This document shows, in pieces, positions 24,690 to 33,456 of a stretch of 64,000 nt of DNA (position 1 is its first letter; the number at the start of each line of letters is the position of its first letter). The notes beneath the pieces are model-generated. The model saw only the letters and a list, made by a program, of their open reading frames with translations, searched no databases and was not told where the DNA came from. The stretch lies in contig JAADJA010000117.1 in the NCBI GenBank assembly GCA_013151015.1, forward strand, positions 3,510 to 67,509, written 5' to 3'. This DNA comes from Chlorobiota bacterium. GTDB lineage: Bacteria > Bacteroidota > Bacteroidia > Bacteroidales > JAADJA01. A program made the translations under genes and the position numbers.

Positions 24690-25694
24690 TCAATTATTAA
24701 AAACTGTTGCACCGCACTTCCCACAACTACCATCTTCATCAAGGCCCGTTTTGTCAACAGAATACCCCAAACGTTCCACAAGCAAATGCCCACATTCCGG
24801 GCAATAGGTATTTTGGCCTTCCTTTGTAAGCACATTCCCCACATAAACAAAATCCAGCTTTTCCTTCGCAATACGGAAAAAATCCATCAGTTTATGGACA
24901 GAGGTGGCCGGATTGGTCATTTTGTACATGGGATGATAGCGCGAGATATGCAATACCGTTTCTTTTCCCAGTTCACCAGAAATCCATTTGACCATATCTG
25001 CAAATTCCTTCTCATTGTCATTTTCGGCCGTTATCACCAAATTGGTTATCTCAAAATGTTTATCGTACCGTCTCAGGGTATTCAGGGTTTCAAGGACCGG
25101 TGCTAAACGCGACGAAGTGATTTTCCTGTAAAAACCATCATCGAAAGCTTTCAGGTCAACACTAAAGGCATCCATCAGGGGCATCAGTTCCTTCAGCGGC
25201 CCGGGATTGATAAAACCATTGGTGACCATCACGTTTTTCAAGCCATCATTCTGCGCAAGCTTAGCAACATCCAACATAAACTCATACCAAACGATAGGCT
25301 CGTTGTAGGTATATGCAATCCCGATATTGTCTTTTCGTTGCATGGCCAGACGTACAATTTCACTGGCAGGGTATTCTTTTAAAAAAGGGAAATCCCCCAC
25401 ACTTGTCTGTGAGATTTCACAATTCTGACAAAAACGGCAATGCAGGTTACAGCCCACACTTCCCACGGAAAAAACAGTGCTTCCTGGATAAAAATGATAC
25501 AAGGGTTTTTTCTCGATTGGATCGAAATGGAGTGAACAGACCTGTCCGTAATTCTCCGAAACAAGCTTCCCTTCCACATTTTTTCGAACATGGCAAATCC
25601 CCCTTTTGCCCACATTGATTTTACATTCATGCGGACAAAGGAGGCATTGGGTTTTCCCGCTATCAAGTTTTATGTAAAAAGCAGCTTCTTTCAT
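24690..25694 (-). CDS. AmmeMemoRadiSam-system-type radical SAM enzyme (PflA-like activase fold)
   Basis: I trimmed the ORF to MKEAAFY (ATG at 25694). It has CLLCPHECKI...GICHVR near the N-terminus, the CNLHCRFC (CX3CX2C) cluster motif and a C-terminal CPECGH...CGKCG. Confidence 0.75.
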   Translation of the reverse strand: MKEAAFYIKLDSGKTQCLLCPHECKINVGKRGICHVRKNVEGKLVSENYGQVCSLHFDPIEKKPLYHFYPGSTVFSVGSVGCNLHCRFCQNCEISQTSVGDFPFLKEYPASEIVRLAMQRKDNIGIAYTYNEPIVWYEFMLDVAKLAQNDGLKNVMVTNGFINPGPLKELMPLMDAFSVDLKAFDDGFYRKITSSRLAPVLETLNTLRRYDKHFEITNLVITAENDNEKEFADMVKWISGELGKETVLHISRYHPMYKMTNPATSVHKLMDFFRIAKEKLDFVYVGNVLTKEGQNTYCPECGHLLVERLGYSVDKTGLDEDGSCGKCGATVFNN

Positions 25695-25776
25695 TTTTAG
25701 TCCGGAAAAAATCAAAGTTTTATCGTCTCTTCAAAGATACAAAAAAAACAGATTGGATTATTGAACACCTTCGGCG

Positions 25777-25797
25777 TGGGTGTACGACAAGGTACAC
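25777..25797 (-). promoter_or_regulatory. Copy 2 of the TGGGTGTACGACAA motif, here extended to the inverted repeat GTGTAC-N6-GTACAC
   Basis: It lies 83 nt upstream of the radical SAM start (25694) in the same orientation as copies 1 and 3. The palindrome arms are 25780-25785 and 25792-25797. Confidence 0.45.
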
Positions 25798-25999
25798 ACA
25801 TTCAAATTTTTCTCTTTTCGTGGTTTCCCCAACAAGCTGTTGCCGTTTGAAGTTTACCTGCCCGACTTTGGCGGGAATCTACAAGCATTCAGGCATAAGA
25901 AAGTTTCCAACTTTCACCTAAGATAAAACACAAGGCCCCCACCCTAAGGTTAAGGTTTTTATTCTTTGCAATTAATCCTGGCAAAGCTTCTTTCTTTGA

Positions 26000-26554
26000 T
26001 GCTATTTAATTGATAAAAAACCAATTTCGGCAAATCCCATCACAGTTACAAACTATGAAGGGCATCCAGATAAAACAGCATTCAAAATGTCAAACCCCTA
26101 TTTTCCTTATATGTCGTTTGATTTGCCCGGCTTCCCGTTTCCCTATCCAGATGTTACCTCTTTTTGCAATGGGACACGCCGCGGCGGAATGGAAACGCCC
26201 ATGATGGCCAACGATGGTATCCCGAAAGAATTTGGCAGCCTGGCAGGTTTGGTTTTCCATGAGATATCACACAACTACTTCCCTTTCTTCATGGGGCCCA
26301 ACGAACGCAAATATGCTTTTATGGACGAAGGATGGGCCGCCTTTTTGCCGGGTGATATTATTGAAGAATACAAGCCCGGTTCCGATTATTTCAGCAGACA
26401 AGTGCAAGGTTATGCACATATGGCCGGACAAGAAGTCGAACTTCCTTTGATGATACCCACTTTTCAGCACAATAACTGGTCAAGCTCCCGGACTGCTGCC
26501 TACACCCGTCCGGCAGTTGCCTATCATGGACGCCCTTGCATATCCCCAATTTAA
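26000..26554 (+). pseudogene. Remnant of an M1-family zinc metallopeptidase (catalytic core only)
   Basis: The frame is open only from 26000 to 26554. It contains GGMETP (a GAMEN-like motif), HEISHNY (HExxH) and the downstream MDEGWA glutamate. About 250 aa on each side that M1 enzymes normally have are missing, and the flanking genes leave no room for them. Confidence 0.6.
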
Positions 26555-26560
26555 CAAACC

Positions 26561-27214
26561 TTAAACAAAATAATATATCGAAAGAAAATGGCTTGCACTC
26601 CCCAGCAAAACCAACAAATGGAAAATCGCATGGTTATAAGGAATTTTGGGGATCATATAAAGAGCTGCGCCAATGGAATAAAAAACCCCACCCAAAGCCA
26701 GCAGCCATAGGCCATCCGCCGCAAGGTTATTCAATAAGGGCTTGATGGCAACAATAATCACCCAGCCCATCAACAAATACATAATGGTGGAGGCCAATCG
26801 GAAACGGCCCGTGTAAAAAATCTTTAAAACAACACCGACAATCGCAATTCCCCAGACCACCCCGAACAAACTCCAGCCCCATGCTCCATTGAGGGTCACC
26901 ATAAGGTAAGGAGTGTAAGTCCCGGCAATAAGAATAAAAATGGAAGCATGATCGAAAATATTCAACCTTCTTCTTCGTACGGGATTGCGGGCTGCATGAA
27001 AAAGCGTGGAGGCAAGGTACAACACAATCATGCTCACACCATAAATACCAAAGCTTACGATATGCCAGGCATCACCGTATTGAACGGCACGCAAAATCAA
27101 TAATACAAGTGCCACAATACTCAAAACAAAACCCAATCCGTGACTATAAACATTCAGGGATTCTTCTTTGGCGGAATAAGATTTTGGGATATATTTAGAA
27201 TCGGATGCATTCAT
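26561..27214 (-). CDS. Hemolysin III / PAQR family membrane protein
   Basis: 217-aa ORF with 7 TM and conserved His residues in LASTLFHA, IFDHASIFILIAGTYTPY and HAIFHLLVLLGSASHF. Confidence 0.85.
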   Translation of the reverse strand: MNASDSKYIPKSYSAKEESLNVYSHGLGFVLSIVALVLLILRAVQYGDAWHIVSFGIYGVSMIVLYLASTLFHAARNPVRRRRLNIFDHASIFILIAGTYTPYLMVTLNGAWGWSLFGVVWGIAIVGVVLKIFYTGRFRLASTIMYLLMGWVIIVAIKPLLNNLAADGLWLLALGGVFYSIGAALYMIPKIPYNHAIFHLLVLLGSASHFLSIYYFV

Positions 27215-27409
27215 TCTCCTGAAACTATTAGTACATTAATCCGGTACAAACACATAACCATACAATCAATATTTTATTGCAATAATCGTAAAAATTATAA
27301 TGTTTATTTTTGATGCCGATAATCTATACTAAATGAATAAACCTGAAATGACAAAACACATATTTCAAGCAAATGCCAAATCTCAAAACAACAAGCCTGG
27401 AACCTGTTT

Positions 27410-27521
27410 TGGGTTTTGATTTTATCTTTTGGGATTTATCCGCCTGCACTGCCCGTTCCGGCAGGCGGGCGGCAAGGACAGGTTTGTTTTTTGTCCCGAA
27501 GCTTCGGGATTGGGTTTTGTA
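27410..27521. repeat. Composite hairpin element bounded by direct repeats TGGGTTTTG(A/T)
   Basis: It holds CCGCCTGC(27440-27447)/GCAGGCGG(27461-27468) and the perfect 16-nt palindrome TCCCGAAGCTTCGGGA (27494-27509). The tgggttttg repeat occurs at 27410 and 27511. Confidence 0.7.
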
Positions 27522-27565
27522 ATTTTCTAAAACAAGAATAATAGAAATAAGTTATTGAATTTTTC

Positions 27566-28126
27566 ATGCATTCCATAAACGATAATATATCAGGACTTCA
27601 AAAACAGGATTTCAGAAAACTGTATGAAGATCACTATGCCGACCTTTGCCGGTATGGCCGGAAGTATATCCGGGAAATGGAAAAAGTGGAAGACATCGTG
27701 CATGAAGTGTTCATCAACCTTTGGGACAAACGAACAACGATAGATACATCCAAGCCGGTAAAGTCCTACCTTTACAGATCGGTGGGCAACCGTTGCCTGA
27801 ACCATATCAGAGACCATAAAAAGTTTGCCGCCGGTTCGGAACTATTGGACTTTGGAAATGAAAACGCAGGGACTGAAAGTATGATGGAAGCCGTGGAACT
27901 TGAATTAAAAATTTCGGATATTATTGAATCACTTCCTGACAGATGCCGGGAAATTTTTAAATTGAACCGTTTTGAAGAATTGAAATATAAAGAGATTGCA
28001 GGTAAATTGGGGATTTCCGTAAAAACCGTGGAAGTCCAAATGTCGAAAGCCTTGAAAACATTAAGATTGGGATTAAAAGATTATTTGAAATTGATAATCT
28101 TTGTTTTGTTTAATATTTGGAGATAA
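27566..28126 (+). CDS. ECF-type RNA polymerase sigma-70 family factor
   Basis: 186-aa ORF with a region 2 pattern (DIVHEVFINLWDKR) and a region 4 HTH (LKYKEIAGKLGISVKTVEVQMSKAL). Confidence 0.9.
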   Translation: MHSINDNISGLQKQDFRKLYEDHYADLCRYGRKYIREMEKVEDIVHEVFINLWDKRTTIDTSKPVKSYLYRSVGNRCLNHIRDHKKFAAGSELLDFGNENAGTESMMEAVELELKISDIIESLPDRCREIFKLNRFEELKYKEIAGKLGISVKTVEVQMSKALKTLRLGLKDYLKLIIFVLFNIWR

Positions 28127-28137
28127 GTAATAATTGG

Positions 28138-28181
28138 CTTGTTGGTGATAACATATACTTGTTGGTGACAACACCAACAAG
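28138..28181. repeat. Partial arm copy plus complete hairpin of the TGTTGGTG-ACAA-CACCAACA family
   Basis: The partial copy is cttgttggtgataacatata (28138-28157). The perfect 10-bp stem hairpin CTTGTTGGTGacaaCACCAACAAG follows at 28158-28181. The same family occurs at 38947, 40238 and 40365. Confidence 0.85.
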
Positions 28182-28284
28182 GGGCAGGACAAGATAATTT
28201 AGTGGGGATATTCATGACAACAAATCCGCAAATTGCAAAAACGAACAATAAGGGTAAAATTAAATTGATGTGTAATAAAACCAA

Positions 28285-29304
28285 ATGAACACAAATAATT
28301 TATATAAGGACATTGAAGGGCTGATTGCCAAACATCTTTCGGGTGAGATACAAATGAAGGAGCAGGACACTTTGGATACTTGGTTGTCGGAAAATGCTGA
28401 AAACTGGAAAACATTTGAAGAATACAGGATGGTTTGGGAGAAGTCCAAAAATGCACAATCGCTGGAACAAGTGAACGTAAATGCCGCCTGGAGACGGTTT
28501 GAAAATGCCATTGCAGAAAAAGAAAAAAAGAAAATCGAAGAAGGTGGAAAAACAATCAGCTTGTTCACACGAAAGGTTTCACGTATTGCGGCAGTTATCG
28601 TTTTACTGATTGCCACCGGACTTGCTTATTACCTTTACGATCACCTTTCAAATCCTGAAATCCACTTCGCAACAACATCCACGGAAATAAAGATTATCGA
28701 GTTGTCCGATGGGACAAAAGTGACCCTGAACGGTAATTCCACATTTGATTACAGGAAAAAACTGGGCAAGGGAAAAAGGAAAGTCCGCCTCGACGGGGAA
28801 GCCTATTTTGAAGTGGCCCGCGACGAAACCCGGCCTTTCATCATTGAAACCGAGGAGACATCGGTTACGGTATTGGGGACAAAATTCAACGTGAACACAC
28901 ATACGAAAAACGAATCGGTTGAAGTTGTCGTTAATTCAGGGAAAGTGGCATTTGAAGCCCGGATGGGAAACCAGCGGGTCATCCTCGAAAAAGGGGAAAA
29001 GGGGAACTATTCCAAAATGGCGAAAACCATTGCCAAATCAACAAACAACGATCCCAATTTCATCGCATGGAAAACAAAGAAACTCGTTTTTGAGGACAGG
29101 ACACTAACTTATATTGTCTCTGTATTAAATCATGTTTACCATATCAATATCAAGATCGAAAACCAGGGGACAGCCCTTTGCCGGATGACGGCCACCTTTA
29201 ACAACCAGCCTCTTGATGAAGTCCTTGAGGTAATAAGCCTTGCACTTGATTTAACAAAAACCGAAACGAACGAAGGGATTGTTTTAACTGGTGATGGATG
29301 TTAA
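28285..29304 (+). CDS. FecR-family anti-sigma factor / transmembrane sensor
   Basis: 339-aa ORF with a single central TM (AAVIVLLIATGLAYYLY) and a FecR-like periplasmic domain (GEAYFEVARDETRPFIIET..VTVLGTKFNV). It follows an ECF sigma gene. Confidence 0.85.
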   Translation: MNTNNLYKDIEGLIAKHLSGEIQMKEQDTLDTWLSENAENWKTFEEYRMVWEKSKNAQSLEQVNVNAAWRRFENAIAEKEKKKIEEGGKTISLFTRKVSRIAAVIVLLIATGLAYYLYDHLSNPEIHFATTSTEIKIIELSDGTKVTLNGNSTFDYRKKLGKGKRKVRLDGEAYFEVARDETRPFIIETEETSVTVLGTKFNVNTHTKNESVEVVVNSGKVAFEARMGNQRVILEKGEKGNYSKMAKTIAKSTNNDPNFIAWKTKKLVFEDRTLTYIVSVLNHVYHINIKIENQGTALCRMTATFNNQPLDEVLEVISLALDLTKTETNEGIVLTGDGC

Positions 29305-29324
29305 GAATAATTGAGACAGATATA

Positions 29325-29714
29325 AGCTTACGCCCTTTCAGGGCTTTATGGCGAAAGCTTATTTATATCGGGCTTCGCCCAATGTTAGTGCTTTTGCCCC
29401 TTTGGGGCTTTATCACAAAAAAAGAATACTTTGCAACAAACACAGAAAGAAAAAAGTTTAAACCCAACGGACTTCAAACAATAGCAATGGCAACGCATCA
29501 GCCTGCAACCGCTATAGCCTTTGCCAAGCTACAACGGAGCAAGGTAAAGCTTTTGCGAACGCGGTAAAGCTATGGCAACTAGCGAAATGCCCTTTGCTTA
29601 AGCAGGAATAAACCCTTAGGGTTTTTAAGCAGTACAAGAAAAGAACCAATGGGAAAAAACAACACCGAAAAAAGCCCAACGGGCTTATAGCAATAGTAAG
29701 GGGCAATACCCCTT
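29325..29714. repeat. Cluster of at least 8 short GC-rich stem-loops in a 464-bp intergenic region
   Basis: The hairpins are at 29325-29360 (nested), 29370-29380, 29396-29408, 29488-29526, 29555-29562, 29610-29624 (flanked by the direct repeat ttaagcag), 29673-29685 and 29698-29714. Confidence 0.7.
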
Positions 29715-29768
29715 GCCAATAAAAAAACAAACCAGTCCTGAAAGGGCACAAGCAAGTAAAGTTCAACA

Positions 29769-32420
29769 ATGCAAATGACAAAGCAAAGTATCTTCAGGAT
29801 TCTTTTTGTTACCCTGGTACCCTTATCCATATTCAATCAGGAAAACTTTGCCCAATCCCAACTTGATCAGAAAATAAATATCCAATTAAAAAATGCCACC
29901 CTTGAAGAAGCGCTTGAAGAAATCGCATCCAAATCCGATATTGAATTTGCCTACAATCAAAAGCTCCTAAAAAATACCGAAAAATCAAATCTCAATTTCA
30001 AAAACACCTCCGTTAAGGATATTTTGGATAGCCTGTTTCAGGATTTGGACATTGATTACGTCCAACGCGGACAGCAAATCATTTTGAAAAAGAAACCTAA
30101 AAAACAGAATAATCAGGAAACCACCTTTACCCTTTCGGGCACACTAACCGACAAAGCCACGGGGGAATTCCTGATAGGGGTAAACATTTATTTTCCATCG
30201 TTGAAAACCGGGACTGTCACAAATGAATACGGGTACTATTCCATGAGCCTCCCCCTGGGAAAGTACAAGGTGGAGTTTTCATATACCGGTTTCCAAAAAA
30301 CCACAAGAGAAACCTACCTAAAGCAAAACCAGCTATTGAACATTGATTTGCAATTTGATGAATCCCTTTTGTCAGAAGTGACAATTACCCCGGAGGATGA
30401 CTTTAAAGACTTGCACTTTGCGGATTTGGGAAAAGTAAACATCTCTCCATATACGGTCCAAAAAGTGCCCAATGTGTTTGGCGAACCCGATGTGGTGAAG
30501 ACTTTGCAGATGTTGCCCGGGGTCACCTCTTTGTACGAAGGGGCTTCATCATTTTATGTTCGTGGCGGAAACCGCGACCAGAACCTTGTGCTTGTCGATG
30601 ATGCACCTGTTTATAACCCATCCCACTTTTTTGGCTTGTTGAGTGCTTTCGACCAATATGCCCTCAAGGACATCCAGGTTTACAAAAGCGGGATACCGGC
30701 ACGCTTTGGGGGAAGGTTGTCATCGGTTGTGGACATCAGGATGAACGATGGGAACCTGGAAAAATTCAAGGCATCAGGGGGTATTGGCCTCATTTCGGCA
30801 AGGTTGACAGCCGAAGGCCCATTGAAGAAAAACAAAAGTTCCTTTATGTTTTCGGCCCGGCGATCACTTCTCGATATTTACCTGAACAATACAAACGCCG
30901 AGCAATTCAACACCTTGATTTTCTACGACATCTCCACCAAACTCAATGTAAAGATCAATAAAAACAACCGGGTATTCTTTTCCCTTTATGCCGGGAAAGA
31001 TGTTTTCAACGAGAATGACAAAAGTGATTTTGGTGGGATTACCTGGTTCAACACGGCCTCTTCGCTTCGCTGGAACCACATTTTCAATTCCCGTCTGTTT
31101 TTGAATACCACATTGCTTTACAGTACCTATAATTATTATTTGGGAAATCCTTCGGGAAACAAACAAGTCTGGCACTCCCATATCACCGATATCGGGATCA
31201 AGGCCGATTTTTCCTATTTTACCAACCCATCCAATACCGTCCGTTTTGGTTATCAGGTGATAAACCATGAGATCAACCCCGGGCGCCTCGAAAGAAAAGG
31301 GGAAATCGAACCTGCATATTATATTCCTGAAAGATATGCCACCGAGCATGGCTTTTATGGTGGGAACAACAAAAAAATATCTGACAAATTTTCATTGTAT
31401 TATGGATTTCGGATTCCCGTGTTTTACAATACCGGGAAAAGCACGGTTTTCCTTTTGGATGAAAATTATGTTGTTGCTGACACTTTACGTTTCGACAAAG
31501 GACAGACTTTTGGCACAAAAGCAGGTTTTGAGCCCCGCCTTGTTTTTCGCTATTTCCCCAATAAGAAAAATGCTTTTAGTTTATCCTATGAAAGGCACTA
31601 TCAATTCCTGCAATTGGTCACGAATCTCACAGGTTCCCTTACATCTGTTGAAGTATGGCTTCCGGCAGGCCCCAATATCAAGCCCCAGGTTTCCGATCAG
31701 GTTTCGGCAGGGTATTTTACGAATGTGTTAAAAGGACGGGTAAAACTATCAACGGAAGTTTACTATAAATACATGAAAAACCTTGTGGATTACCGCGATC
31801 ATGCCTTATTGTTCCTCAATCCGCAAATCGAAAGCCAGTTGCGTTTTGGCAAGGGCCGTGCTTACGGGCTTGAAATTTCCTTCCGAAAAGAAACGGGAAA
31901 GCTCACGGGCATGATGGGATATTCACTTTCAAAAACGGAAAAACAAATCGACGATGTGAACAACGACAGGGTTTATCCGGCCAATTATGACAGGCCTCAT
32001 GAGTTTTCGGTTTTTTTGTCCTATAAAATATCAAGGCATTGGAGATTGGCAACAAATTGGACATATGCAACCGGCAACCCTACCACTTCCCCCTCCGGTT
32101 TTATTTTGATCGAAGGGAAATACGTCCCCATTTATAACGAAAGAAACAACTCCCGTTTCCCTGATTACCATCGTCTGGATATTTCGGCAAGCGTGGGTTC
32201 CGATCCTGCAAAAAACAAGCGTTTCCAACATCAACTGACCTTGGGGATATACAATTTATACGGGCGCAAAAACCCGATTTCTTTTAACTTCAACAAAATT
32301 GAAGAAGGGAACGGAAACCTGAATATCTCGAACGACCAACTCGATATGCGGGAAATTTTCCCCACGCAAACATATTTGTTCAACGTAGTGCCCACTCTCA
32401 CTTATAATTTTAAATTCTGA
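29769..32420 (+). CDS. TonB-dependent receptor with N-terminal STN signalling and carboxypeptidase-regulatory-like domains
   Basis: 883-aa ORF. The STN-like segment is INIQLKNATLEEALEEIASKSDIEFAY and the CarbopepD_reg-like segment is LSGTLTDKATGEFLIGVNIY. The plug region is typical and the barrel ends with a terminal Phe (TYNFKF). Confidence 0.85.
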   Translation: MQMTKQSIFRILFVTLVPLSIFNQENFAQSQLDQKINIQLKNATLEEALEEIASKSDIEFAYNQKLLKNTEKSNLNFKNTSVKDILDSLFQDLDIDYVQRGQQIILKKKPKKQNNQETTFTLSGTLTDKATGEFLIGVNIYFPSLKTGTVTNEYGYYSMSLPLGKYKVEFSYTGFQKTTRETYLKQNQLLNIDLQFDESLLSEVTITPEDDFKDLHFADLGKVNISPYTVQKVPNVFGEPDVVKTLQMLPGVTSLYEGASSFYVRGGNRDQNLVLVDDAPVYNPSHFFGLLSAFDQYALKDIQVYKSGIPARFGGRLSSVVDIRMNDGNLEKFKASGGIGLISARLTAEGPLKKNKSSFMFSARRSLLDIYLNNTNAEQFNTLIFYDISTKLNVKINKNNRVFFSLYAGKDVFNENDKSDFGGITWFNTASSLRWNHIFNSRLFLNTTLLYSTYNYYLGNPSGNKQVWHSHITDIGIKADFSYFTNPSNTVRFGYQVINHEINPGRLERKGEIEPAYYIPERYATEHGFYGGNNKKISDKFSLYYGFRIPVFYNTGKSTVFLLDENYVVADTLRFDKGQTFGTKAGFEPRLVFRYFPNKKNAFSLSYERHYQFLQLVTNLTGSLTSVEVWLPAGPNIKPQVSDQVSAGYFTNVLKGRVKLSTEVYYKYMKNLVDYRDHALLFLNPQIESQLRFGKGRAYGLEISFRKETGKLTGMMGYSLSKTEKQIDDVNNDRVYPANYDRPHEFSVFLSYKISRHWRLATNWTYATGNPTTSPSGFILIEGKYVPIYNERNNSRFPDYHRLDISASVGSDPAKNKRFQHQLTLGIYNLYGRKNPISFNFNKIEEGNGNLNISNDQLDMREIFPTQTYLFNVVPTLTYNFKF

Positions 32421-33253
32421 TGCGAAAAATTGCTTTCATATTGATATTGGCTTTTGCCCTCACCTCTTGCGAGGAAGTCATTGATTGGGGTTACAATGAA
32501 AACCCACCTTTGGTTTTGGTGGTGGATGGCAGGATTACCGATCAGCAAATGGCCCATGAAATCCGTTTGACGAAACCGGTATCGGAATTAAACCATATCC
32601 CCGAACCCGTTTCAGGTGCGGAAGTTTCCATTTTGTTCAAACAGGGAAACGATACGGTTTCGGCCCAACTTACGGAATCGGTCGATAAACCCGGCAGCTA
32701 TTATACCGACAATGGTTTTCAGGGGATCAGCTTTAAATATTATGCGCTTGAAATTAAATATGAAGGCTATGAATTCCTGGCAATTGACAGAATGCGCGAA
32801 TCCACCCCCTTTGAGCCCAACAACATATATCAACAAGCGGACAATGGCCTGTACAAGGTCGATTTTAACTTTGGCGGCTTTGCCAATTCCGATGCCGCCA
32901 TCTGGTATTACAACCTGGACTGGTCCCATCTTCCCGATTCCGTTTTTGCGCCCAATGGCACGAAAAAAGCCCGTCTTGCCTTTTACTCCCTTCCTTCCAT
33001 TGATGTGAACGGTTTGTTTTTATCGGGATATGAAACGGTTTACTTTCCTGCTGGAACACAAATCGTATTGGAGAAATATTCCATCTCCGAACAATATGCA
33101 GAATTTCTTCGGACCATGTTGGCCGAAACCGATTGGCGTGGCGGGGTTTTCGATACGTACCGGGCCAACACCTATACCAATCTAAGCGAAGGGGCAACCG
33201 GCTTCTTTGGAGCCTGTGGATATCTGTCGGATACGGTTGTTGTCCAACCCTGA
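32420..33253 (+). CDS. DUF4249 family lipoprotein
   Basis: 277-aa ORF with lipobox LTSC. The start overlaps the receptor stop (TGATG). The pairing with this receptor subtype fits DUF4249, from memory. Confidence 0.7.
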   Translation: MRKIAFILILAFALTSCEEVIDWGYNENPPLVLVVDGRITDQQMAHEIRLTKPVSELNHIPEPVSGAEVSILFKQGNDTVSAQLTESVDKPGSYYTDNGFQGISFKYYALEIKYEGYEFLAIDRMRESTPFEPNNIYQQADNGLYKVDFNFGGFANSDAAIWYYNLDWSHLPDSVFAPNGTKKARLAFYSLPSIDVNGLFLSGYETVYFPAGTQIVLEKYSISEQYAEFLRTMLAETDWRGGVFDTYRANTYTNLSEGATGFFGACGYLSDTVVVQP

Positions 33254-33456
33254 TTTCCCAATTCATAACTCGAAAAGGCAACAATTGAAATCACTTTTAA
33301 AAACAAGCATTTCATTTGCTCCAATTGCTGGAATTTCAAAATACCTTTCACACGTCCACTTTTTGTCCACCCCTGACAGTACGGATTTCCGAAACCCAAC
33401 AGCCATATTGCAGTAAAAGCTTACCGAATTACGATCGAGAATTATGTACTTTTTCT

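Noticed and set aside
26087-26554. The M1 peptidase fragment treated as an intact 155-aa gene.
   Set aside because: M1 peptidases need large N- and C-terminal domains. The frame is open only from 26000, the C-terminus ends abruptly 6 bp before the next gene, and no plausible promoter or start context was seen. I called it a pseudogene remnant instead.
29298-29836. ORFs 29298-29567 (plus), 29512-29781 and 29579-29836 (minus) in the FecR-receptor gap.
   Set aside because: Their translations (e.g. ..RPFRALWRKLIYIGLRPMLVLLPLWGF..) follow the hairpin DNA. No family features are present, the ORFs mutually overlap, and the region is better explained as structured non-coding repeats.
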